From: Amoebidium appalachense
Lineage: Eukaryota; Protista; Ichthyosporea
Direction: 5' to 3'
DNA length: 64,000 nt
Assembly (NCBI GenBank): GCA_963693365.1
Contig: CAVNZM010000001.1
Location: 18,462,783 to 18,526,782 of the forward strand
The notes beneath the pieces were generated by a model. The model was not told where the DNA came from. It searched no databases and was given only the letters and a program-made list of their open reading frames with translations. Shown here piece after piece: positions 24,879-64,000 of the stretch. The stretch's first letter is position 1, and the number at the start of each line of letters is the position of its first letter. A program made the translations under genes and the position numbers.

Positions 24879-27379
24879 ATGGAGCACGTCAAGCATGCCC
24901 TTCAGACCAGCCTGCCGCAGTACCTGCGGTCGCTGAATATCCCCAGCAATGTTGAGGGCTTTTCCAAACTCTCACAGGTACGTGTACTCTCGAAACGGTA
25001 GATGTGCACGTGGTGAAAGGGTTAGGCACTTCAAGTGTTTGTCTTTTTAGCAGCCTTATGCTTACTGTCGAGTATGTAAATGCCATCTGTTGAAGGTGAC
25101 ATTAAGGCACCACATCTTGTGCTATTTACCATACCCCTCCATTCCTGTCCGACTGCTGAGCATAGCCCTACACGCAACATGCCGCCCCAACACTTTCAGT
25201 TTACTTTGCTCCAAGTAGTTGCGGTTCACTCCGAGATCCTTTAGCAGATTAACCCCACTTCACTCAATTTCAACCGATTCCAAGTGCTGAATGCAACCCT
25301 TCTTGAAAAGCAACACCTCACTTCCCGCTCCTTTTCGGTAATTCACTCCACATCACCGCAGGCTGAGCCGCCTTTCCTCACCACACTTCGTTTTTTACTT
25401 TCAACTCATCCACAGACTATATTTGCTTCTTTAAAAAGTTCACGCTTCACCTCCCTCTTTACCACCTTTAGTTCAGGGCAGACTCTCAATTGAAGCCCAC
25501 TCTACCTCTCTCCCATCACAAACATCACACTCGTTATCACACCCTGCTGCCCACTTTTCCCGCCCCTACTCACCACAAGTGAGACTCAATTGCACTTCAA
25601 ATGATATCTCAAACGACTCTTACTCATCATACTCCAGTCCAAACCACTGTTTCCTCCCTATGGTGCTATTATGCCCAGACTCATGGGTGAAATTTTCTGC
25701 ATGTTTTTGTTTCATAAGCAAGTTTCCTTGATTCCTTGGCGCAGCACACTTTGGCTGTGCAGGTACCGACTCACAGCCTTCTTGTCCCTTTCAGGCAGAC
25801 TGGATGAAGTTGGCACCACTTATCATGTTTGCTCTGACCATTTTCATTGCTGTTATCACCCCTCTGTTCACTGACCCGGCAAAGAAGTGGTGAGTCCTCT
25901 CCTTCCTCCCCCCCTTCCTCCCCGCACACAACACGCACACACATACGTACCCACGGACACAAGCGCGCACGCACGCACACACACACACACACACAACCCT
26001 GTTTCCTGTGCATCACCTACCCCTTTCCCAACTCCTCACACCCTCAAGCACACTTTTCTCTCCATATTTCTACCTAATTTACCGTTCTTCCACCCTACTC
26101 CGCTCCGCCTTTGTTTTCCTCGGTCGAAGTCTCCCCATCCGCCACACGTCTCGATCCGTGCTTGCTTACCCCCCCCCCTCCCCCCCCCCCCCCCCCCCCC
26201 CCCCCCCTTTTTTTTTTCTCCCTAAGTCAGCCCTTTGCCACCCTCCCCCATCCGCCGCTTCACTCGCCATCCCCAGCCTTCGTTGCCCCCCAGGCCTGCC
26301 CACCAACCTTTATGTTCTCTGGGATTTTCGTATCATCCTTGTTAAAGTTATAATTACTGCGCTCTTCCCTTCTCGTCTCAGCTGTGTTGCATGTCTCCCC
26401 CCCCCCCCCCCCCCCCACCCCACCCCCCGCCCCTTCTCCCCTCCTCTCCCCCATTTCTTTCCTCAGTGGCCCCACCAACTGGTTGACAAAACACACGCAC
26501 ACACATACATCTCGCTCCCCCGGCATCTACATTTAATGGGCAGACCACACACGATCCTGTACCTACCCTGCAACTTCTGATTAATCTGCTTCACCTGCAT
26601 CCACACACTCTCTAAGGCACAACAGATATGTGTGCGTATCGTTACTCTTTTCCATTTACACCCCCTCCCCCCTGAGGATGGGCTCTGCTTATTATGCATA
26701 CTCTTTATGTATGGCTTGCATTCTGCATCGTGTTATCCGTTTGTTCTTGTGTACTTCGTACTTTTTGACGCATTCAAAACCCCCCCCCTCCCCCCCCCCC
26801 CCCTTCCCCCCCCTCTTTCCTCCCCCTTCCCCTTCCCCGTCCCCTCCCCCCCCCCCCCCCTGGTGATACCATATTTCCGGCTGACATCCGGGGGCATAAC
26901 TTTCCGTTCGAAGACGATAAAGTTCCGCCCTAGTAAGCGTGTTACTACCCTGCGGCGTGGGTCAAGTCTCATGACTTAATTCTTTTCAGCTGGTGTAGTA
27001 TGTTAGCCAGGGAAGTATCGACTTAGGTATCGACGGGGGAGCTTCCTAGAAGCTCCGTCTCCTGAGTTCCTATCTATATTTTTCTTGCTTCTGCTTACTG
27101 CTGCAACTTTAACCCCCGGCCTTTCCCACTGCCCTTGCCTGCATAAGCAACCCTGCTCGTCTCTGATCAAGACGGGTGACCTACCCATGTTCAAGTGAAA
27201 CAGTATCTGAGTTGGGTTTCGTTAACGAGGTGAATAGGTCGAAACTCGGGTACTGTGGATGACGTGGGCCCCCCCTGAGGATGGGCTCTGCTTATTATGC
27301 ATACTCTTTATGTATGGCTTGCATTCTGCATCGTGTTATCCGTTTGTTCTTGTGTACTTCCGTACTTTTTGACGCATTC

Positions 27380-27412
<33 letters not shown>

Positions 27413-27516
27413 ATAAAAATCCCCCATTTCAAATTACAGTCTAAAAATGCGTTGATTTTTGGTTGACTTGATAGATGTTGGGGCAATTAGGACTGCTTGG
27501 ATCTCCCCCATCACAA

Positions 27517-27559
<43 letters not shown>

Positions 27560-27878
27560 GGCCCTCCTCCCCAAATTCCGAATACCAACACCCAACACCC
27601 CTCCCTCCCCGCTCTCCCACCCGTTCTCGTGCTGAGGCACAGCATATGCAGTTGCCAAACCCCAATCCTTGCACTTACCTTACATACACGAAGCGTAGCT
27701 GAAACACATACTCGCACATTTAGACATCACATTTCTCTGTGGTTCCGTATGCCAGTCTATGCATAGCTCGGTTCCTTAGGCCGTGTCTTTACAGCCGACG
27801 TTTTCCTGAATCATGATTACTCTATCGAATACGTCACACATATTCACCAACCGAGCCTTCTCTCTCTCTCTCTCTCGC

Positions 27879-27963
<85 letters not shown>

Positions 27964-28831
27964 GCGCCCGCGCACACACACACACGCACACAAATCAGGC
28001 ACACACACACGCGCACGCGCACACACACACAGACACACACACAAATGTGCATGCGGGTGCGCCGTGCGCATTAGGCTTGAACATGGGTAACACACATCTA
28101 CCCACCAACAAAGACTTTGCAACCCACCAACACATACACCCCGTCAACCCAAAGTTCACATTGCACAAACCATGTCACACCAACTAACCGTTCCGATTTT
28201 CTTTACCTTTTTTCTTTCTTTTCTTTTTTGCAGGAAAGACGAGTGCAAGAGGCTTCAGAAGGAGCTTGCCAGCGCCAAGGACGGTGCCGGGCCGATCAAC
28301 CAAACGATCAAGAAGGACGAGGATAAGGTGGTGGACACGTGCCCCCTTAAGGACATCGAGGACTGCGAGCAGAAGGTCTTCTGCCGCTGCTGGAAGTCCA
28401 AGAAGGTCAGTTTCTTTATTTGGTTTGGTGCAGTGTGATCATCACATGTTTGAGTGCCTTGTTTGCATTGCTTTGGGGCATAGGTAGTCTCAAGTGCGCT
28501 ACTTGTGTAATGTATTGTGTATGCCAACGTGTTTCAATGGTTACTGCACAGTCATAATTGGATGCCGTGTCCCCCTACTCTCCGCCCACACTCGTCCGCA
28601 CACCCGCCTGGCCCCACTGTGTACATCCCTCTCTCACCCCCTTCCCCCCCCCCCGTTTCGCCACCACCACGCTTCCGATATTAGAACTGCCGCGCTTTCT
28701 TGTTCTCTTGGTGATGCATCGTTATGAAGCAAGATTGAGCATGGTGTGGAATGTGAGCATGGTGTTTTGAAATGAATTGCGGAATGAGTGTTTGAAAGTT
28801 TCCCCTCCTCTACCACCGCAGCATGTCCCTT

Positions 28832-28922
<91 letters not shown>

Positions 28923-29223
28923 GCGCGCAGAGGCACAGGCACAGACGCGCACTTCCGCACGCACGCACACAAACACATACACACATATACACATATTCAC
29001 ACACACTCACACAAGTACAATGCGTATGCAATCGCATGCATGCACCCTACGAGAGTGGGTACAAGAGGTCACAGCCAGGATCAAGTGTACCCCCTCTCTT
29101 TCCCCTCCCCCCATGCATACTGTGCGCATGGCTGATGTTGCATACTTGAATGTTTGCCTTTGCATGTGTCCTGCACCATGCTTCTCATCGTGTATGCGTA
29201 CTTCGTACCGTGTTCCTCATTCC

Positions 29224-29254
<31 letters not shown>

Positions 29255-29395
29255 TTCCACATTTTGTGGTCATTAATCTGAATTTTCGAATTCACCCCAC
29301 AGTTCCCCCTGTGTGATGGCAGCCACAACAGCCACAACAAGGAGACTGGTGACAACGTGGGCCCACTCATTGTGAAGGGCGGCAAGTCCTCCTAA
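24879..29395 (+). CDS. CISD2: CDGSH iron-sulfur domain protein (CISD2/mitoNEET family), 4 exons
   Basis: Exons 24879-24977 ([20 protein letters not shown]), 25795-25889 (TM), 28234-28405 ([23 protein letters not shown]), 29303-29395 ([27 protein letters not shown]). Phases are consistent; TATATAA at about 24838. Confidence 0.93.
26667..26779 (+). mobile_element. Poly-C-associated element, subfamily A, short copy
   Basis: CCTGAGGATGGG..GACGCATTCAAAA + (C)n. Confidence 0.85.
26862..27381 (+). mobile_element. Poly-C-associated element, subfamily A, long copy
   Basis: Nearly identical to 59574-60129 apart from a 36-nt indel; poly-C on both sides. Confidence 0.9.
29115..29224 (+). mobile_element. 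Poly-C-associated element, subfamily B, 3' fragment
   Basis: GCATACTGTGCGCATGGCTGATG..GTACTTCGTACCGTGTTCC + (C)n. Confidence 0.8.
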
Positions 29396-29730
29396 ATCTG
29401 GAACATCATGATTTTCTGGATGGTTTCATTTTGCGGGAAAAAGTGGTGTTGTTGCCATTGAGAAGCCACTATGATGTCGAGCTTTGCATTGGTCTGTTTA
29501 TAAAGTTGGCCAATCTGCCCTACTTTGGGATGCCGCTAAATGAGTCAGAATGCATATTGCTGACTGTACGGCTGTGCCGAGATGATTTTTGTTTGTGTGA
29601 AGAAAGACACAGTGATAGAAATAAAAAACTTATGACTGACGACGGAATTCTTGAATTCATCAGACTTCGTTGTACATGTCGTGTACATCCATTATTGTCT
29701 TGCATGTACAACGAAGTGTGACAAGCACCC

Positions 29731-29852
29731 ATGACGTGGGCCCCCCCTGAGGATGGGCTCTGCTTATTATGCATACTCTTTATGTATGGCTTGCATTCTG
29801 CATCGTGTTATCCGTTTGTTCTTGTGTACTTCGTACTTTTTGACGCATTCAA

Positions 29853-29854
<2 letters not shown>
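29731..29854 (+). mobile_element. Poly-C-associated element, subfamily A, short copy
   Basis: ATGACGTGGGCC..GACGCATTCAAAA + (C)n, downstream of the CISD stop codon. Confidence 0.85.
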
Positions 29855-29887
<33 letters not shown>

Positions 29888-30331
29888 TCTCCCACACACA
29901 CACACACACACACACCTCCCTATCAGACCTCAGCGAATTGGTCACGTGACCGATTTCTTGGGCCCAAGCGATTTTGGCGCCTAATCCCCGCGTGCGCTTT
30001 TTCTTCGACGAACGTTTGTCCTCGCCTTCGCTGCCGTCACCTTAGTGCTTCCTTTCTTACCAAAAGGAAGCAAATATATTTGGTATCCGTAATACATATT
30101 TCTTATGCTTCTGTGCAGTCTACTTTTTTTCTATGTATGAAAATGCGGCGTAGAAGAAGCTGCCCGCTTTGAATGTTCTATCTGACAAATGTGACTAACA
30201 TCTGCTGACCAACGAGTAACAAGAGAGGGACACAAACAAACACACACACATAGAGAGAGAGATAAAGAGAGCGAGAGCGAGAGAGAGAGCGAGAGAGGGA
30301 GAGACTCGGGGGGGGGGGGGGGGGGGGGGGG

Positions 30332-30363
<32 letters not shown>

Positions 30364-30380
30364 GAGAGAGAGGGGGGAGG

Positions 30381-30484
<104 letters not shown>

Positions 30485-30596
30485 AAGACACTTGAGATCT
30501 CTCTCTCTCTCTTCCCCTCTCCCCCCCCCACCCCTTTTGAGAGAGAGAGAGTGTGTGTGTGTGTGAGAGGGAAAGGGGGGGGGGGGGGGGGGGGGG

Positions 30597-30647
<51 letters not shown>

Positions 30648-30709
30648 TTGAAAGGAGGGGAGGTGGCGGCGGTACGGTATGGGTTGTGTTTGTGTGTGTT
30701 TGTGTACAC

Positions 30710-30767
<58 letters not shown>

Positions 30768-30974
30768 TGTGTGTGCCACGTTACGTTGTGTGTGTTCGTA
30801 CCACGGTGGGTGGCAGTGTGCTTGCAATTGTAGGATGGCGACAGGGCAGTCTGTGTGTGTAGTACGATGGAGCGAGACTTAAGGACAGACTGAGAGACTG
30901 CCAGTGTGTGCTCTTCCGTGTGTAGCTGAGCCCCTAGATAAGCTCCCCTTCGAGTGGTGTTTAAGTGTTTAAAG

Positions 30975-31027
<53 letters not shown>

Positions 31028-31596
31028 GGTGAGGTGTGTGTTCCGTGTGCGCATCGGCATGTGTGAATATATTAGTAAGCGCATCATACCCGGGGGCAAG
31101 TGTGCATTCCGCGGTTTGAGATGTGCGCATGTGTGTGTACTGCGTGGCTCATGATGATATAAGCCCCTAGATAAGTCCACTTCTAAGTGTATGCAAGGTG
31201 TGCGTGTGGTGTGCAAGTCGAGTGCGTGTCAACTGTGCATCGGTGTTTGTGTATTGGTGTTATAGTTTCGTGTGGTTCCACTGGTACCGTGTGCTTCTGT
31301 TTTTTTAGGCCAATAAATAAACCCGGTTACTCGTCGTTTTTGTTGTGCTTCAGCTGCAGGTGTCTGTGCTGGGAGGGGAAGTCGTGTGCGCATGCTGTTG
31401 GCAGATAGCCCGTAGGGCCCCATTCCGTGTTGTGTGTGTGCAAAGAGTGTGCGCGGTGTGACGGTGGAGTGTGGTCTGCACGTCGAGGGATGCATGCCCT
31501 TCATAACATGATCAGGACAAAAAGCGCTTGCAATGCATGGGCAGAAAGCAATACTATTCTAGCACCTGAGTATATGTGCATGTACATATATCATAG

Positions 31597-31679
<83 letters not shown>

Positions 31680-31707
31680 GAGGCAGAGAGAGAGAGAGAG
31701 CCTCAAG

Positions 31708-31751
<44 letters not shown>

Positions 31752-32099
31752 TAGAAAGAGAGAGAGGGCGGGGGGGGGGGGGGGAGAGAGGGAGAGAGAG
31801 AGAGAGAGAGAGAGAGGGAGAAGGGGGGGAGGGGCACCGCGAGAGAGGGGGGAGGGGGGGAGGGGGGAGGGGGGAGGGGGCTGTACTAATACCAGCCGTC
31901 ATCTTCCCACTAATCACCAAACCACATATAAATAATAAACGTGCCAAATATTTTTCCTTGTTTTGATAAGTGTTTTTTGCCAGTTTGTAGTCTTTTGCCC
32001 AAGCACACTGTTGTTTGCCTAAAACGCTACGCATATATGTACGAAACCCCGGCAGTGGCGATCATCAAAATGAGCTTGTAATTCCCATGAAATGCGGAT

Positions 32100-32375
32100 G
32101 GATTACGGTGACGTCAAAATCCGCGGAGTTGAATCTTGCACTCTCACAGTTCGATTACGTAACCACGGCCCTCTGCACGGCCCTCTTTTTCAGAGGGCCG
32201 TGACGTAACCCTAACCAAAATATGACGTCACTCAACCGCGAAGGCCTCGGGCAGCCAATCGGATTAGACCATGACGTCACTCGGCGGTCAAGCACAGTTT
32301 TTGGCCACACGCGTGGCGACATTTCACGTTTTCATCCCACGCCCTTTTGTGTGTTGCGCGTTTTTGGCGCCAGAG
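32100..32375 (+). promoter_or_regulatory. Tom70 upstream region with clustered CRE/ATF-like, CCAAT and E2F-like motifs
   Basis: TGACGTCA at 32109, 32223 and 32272; TTACGTAA and TGACGTAA variants; GCCAATCG at about 32254; TTTTGGCGCC at about 32361. Confidence 0.5.
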
Positions 32376-32611
32376 TTGTGCACGCAAAGGCTGCGTTTAT
32401 TTGCTTGTTTATTGAGTTTGGTCCAGTAGAATAGTTACAATACAGTTGGCAATCCCCAGGAAGATTAAACTAAGAGCGAAGCAGGCCTACATTCTTGGCG
32501 TTTGCATGGTTGGAGCAATAGACCTATTGTTCTTTACGACACTATAAGCCGGGCGCTTTTTTTATTTGTTTAAAAAATTTAACTCTCAAGCAACAGGTGA
32601 GCAGCACAAAA

Positions 32612-45225
<12,614 letters not shown>

Positions 45226-46751
45226 GCACACACACCCCCTGACACACGGTGATAGAACACCCCCCGACCTTGCTCGTGTACATAGTAGTACTCACGCTTA
45301 CACACATTACACTACACAGTGGTGGTGGTTATATTTTGTGATGAGAACACACACCTTACACGCACATGTACCATTACACTACACATTTGTGGCTATATTT
45401 GTGCTCAGTGTGACATCTTACATGCACTCACATCACGGTACCACCACATTACACATTTGTGGCTGTATTTGATGAGCACACACACGTTCCACACACATAT
45501 ACACCTCACACGACCTGTCTGTGTGAGTCGAAGTTAAGTGTAACGGCGCATTACATGGTAGTCATCATATTTTTTACCCAGAGATATAGAACACTTTGGT
45601 CATATGGCATATATGTGCACACATAGTTGTTTCTTGACGCACTGGCAAACACAAGCCACTACGACATGATTCTTGTCATTTGAAGTCGGTATTACTAATA
45701 AGGTATGTCATAGTTTTGGACATTCGAGTTTACTCTCTACTATGATTCGTCAGGGTTTTCCGACTAGGCGCTCTCCTCAATGGGTACAATATAATAAATT
45801 CCACGGCAACATAATCTCTTTTGCTATTCTCTTTTGCGTTGTTTCTTTCGAAAGCAGTGATCAGGTGATAAGTTTGTTGGGCAGGGGGTGGGAATGAGAT
45901 GAGGGTGGGGTTTGGGGGGGAGAGCAGGGAGATTGGGAAGAGGTTGTAAAGGTAACGTCAACCAAGCAAACTAACTTAGTGGCAGTTGGTTTCAAGTGAA
46001 GCAGATTCAGCGAGTGTGTAGTAATAGTCATATCGAAGCACGTTGATATCAATTGCAATTTGCATCCACATTTCACCGGGCTGCTTGGCAATGCTGTCTG
46101 TATACAAGTTTTTTAGCAACTGGCCAAGTTGGTGGCATCACTACTCTGTAATATTAATGAAAAGAACAGCTGTCTTGGCCTCTGTGAGGCTCGCAGCAAG
46201 TTGCGCCTGCAACATGATGATGGTAGTTCGACCATGTTACATATCCAGTACGCCAGCTGCGGCCTGCATATGCTGCGCATCATCGGTACATCATATGCAA
46301 GCAAAGTCTACGAATTCATGAGCTGTATTTTGTACACTCTCTCTCTTGCTCACTGCATGCAGCGTGCACTCACGGCCTCCACTCCATATATATGCATGTC
46401 GGCCGGCACCTGCACCCCTACCGGTCTGGCAACCGTACATGGGTTGGGCAATTGCAGTGGGCATATTCGCAGTCAATTATTCGTGCTGAAGTTGCCACTC
46501 GACGATCATCATGTGACGCCGGGATCCCAACCGATGCGCCGGGCGTCAGACCGTTCAAATCAGAGACTCCGGAGTGTCATAAGACATAAGACCATGCAAC
46601 GGACAATGGAGCTGCCGCAGTATCAGCCCGTGTGAATACGCACATGTGCCGCACACCACCATACACTGTGCCTTGGTGCAGTGGGCTGAGTAACACTTAC
46701 AAGCCCGGGTGCGGCCTCTCACACATGGCCGCAGCTGCCGGGGACCCTGGT

Positions 46752-47119
46752 CAGGGATGTGCCGACTTGACTCGAGTCATGACTTTAAGTCAAAAAAGCT
46801 CCTGACTTTGCCAAGTCAAGTCGAGCCCGTCAGGCAGGGTATATAGAATGACTTTGTGGGGAGAGGGGCGGGGGAGGGGGAAGAGGATGGGGGGAGGGGG
46901 TGGGAGGGGGTTGGAGAGAGAGAGGAAAGCGGGGAGGAGGGGGGATTTGCATTGAAAAAGTTACCATATATGGTAAAAAGTCATTAAAGTCATGACCTGA
47001 GTCAGAACCTCCTAAGTCACGACTTCCAGTCAATTCAATTCACTGGCCTCGCCATTCAATTATACTTACAAGTCAAGTCAATTCACGGAGACTCTCGGTC
47101 CGCCGCGGGCACATCCCTG
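46752..47119. mobile_element. Non-autonomous hAT element (MITE), 368 bp
   Basis: 12-bp perfect TIR CAGGGATGTGCC / GGCACATCCCTG, perfect 8-bp TSD ACCCTGGT (46744-46751 and 47120-47127), many subterminal TGACTT/AAGTCA motifs. Confidence 0.92.
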
Positions 47120-47737
47120 ACCCTGGTACAGCGTTAGCCAATCAAAAAGCATTCTGCATTCAGCTGAGCAGCGCAGCCAATTAAATCCTTTCCTATTGGA
47201 ATCTTGCCAAGATCGGTTTAGACGATAACAGCGATTGGTGTACCTAAAACATAAAATAATGAATACTTCGTACAGGTTGTTTATATTGCATAAAACTAAA
47301 ATGTAACCTTTATCACACCCTTATACCTCCCAGTCGACAATAAACAGAGCCGCGGTTATGCCGCGGTTTGGGTGCCGGGAAAAAAACAACCTCGGACATT
47401 TTTCCGGGCACACTCAGTCTGCGACGGTACAGTACCAGCACAGTCACCTCGAAAAAAAAACCTCCCTCAACTCTCAAAGTCTTGACAAAGTCAACAGTTC
47501 TTTCTCTCTTCCGAGTTTGAGGTCGGCGCAAATAAAAGGTATGTTTTGAGTACTGATTTGGCAGCAAGCCATGCTGTTAGGAAATCTGTGAACTGGCAAG
47601 ATCTAGCGGAAAAGGTGGAGGCCCATGGATGACAGATGTGGGCGGGCGGGGGGGTGGCTTGGAAAGATAAAATTTCTCGACTGATAAAAGGTATGGCTAT
47701 ATCTTCTGACGATTTTTATTGTTTCAGATCTCCAAAC

Positions 47738-64000
<16,263 letters not shown>

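Noticed and set aside
27239-27281. Canonical hammerhead ribozyme (CGAAAC and CTGAGGA are both present)
   Set aside because: The core segments cannot be closed by stems I-III with an NUH site in any permutation I tried.
29731-29949. Recurrent peptide [20 protein letters not shown] as a small multigene family
   Set aside because: It is the translated repeat core, has variable starts, runs into poly-C, and is not maintained in subfamily B.
47376-47727. Upstream coding exons of the aminopeptidase
   Set aside because: Candidate donors (47539, 47691) give no convincing ATG-initiated in-frame extension; treated as probable 5' UTR intron(s).

Overview
Eukaryotic, intron-rich genomic window; Tom70 and a CISD2-type N-terminus suggest a unicellular opisthokont, but that is inference. 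Introns are packed with (C)n/(G)n, (CA)n/(TG)n and (GA)n tracts, which produce most of the listed ORFs as noise. I reconstructed six genes by hand: an intronless ACBP + two-domain fatty acyl-CoA reductase fusion (+), an 8-exon SAM methyltransferase (-), an 8-exon membrane-anchored DxD putative glycosyltransferase (+), a CDGSH/CISD Fe-S protein (+), Tom70 (+, 18 exons, one GC-AG intron) and a puromycin-sensitive M1 aminopeptidase (+, runs off the window). Transposon content: a hAT MITE with an 8-bp TSD, a second MITE-like element, a hAT transposase relic between 200-bp direct repeats, and about 15 copies of a 5'-truncated element that ends in CGCATTCAA followed by poly-C. That element has two subfamilies, and all copies are on the + strand. 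Both subfamilies conserve a ~155-nt pseudoknotted RNA fold supported by compensatory base changes visible between copies. This is the best candidate for an undescribed system: a poly-C-targeting, possibly Penelope-like retroelement carrying a non-canonical structured RNA or ribozyme.
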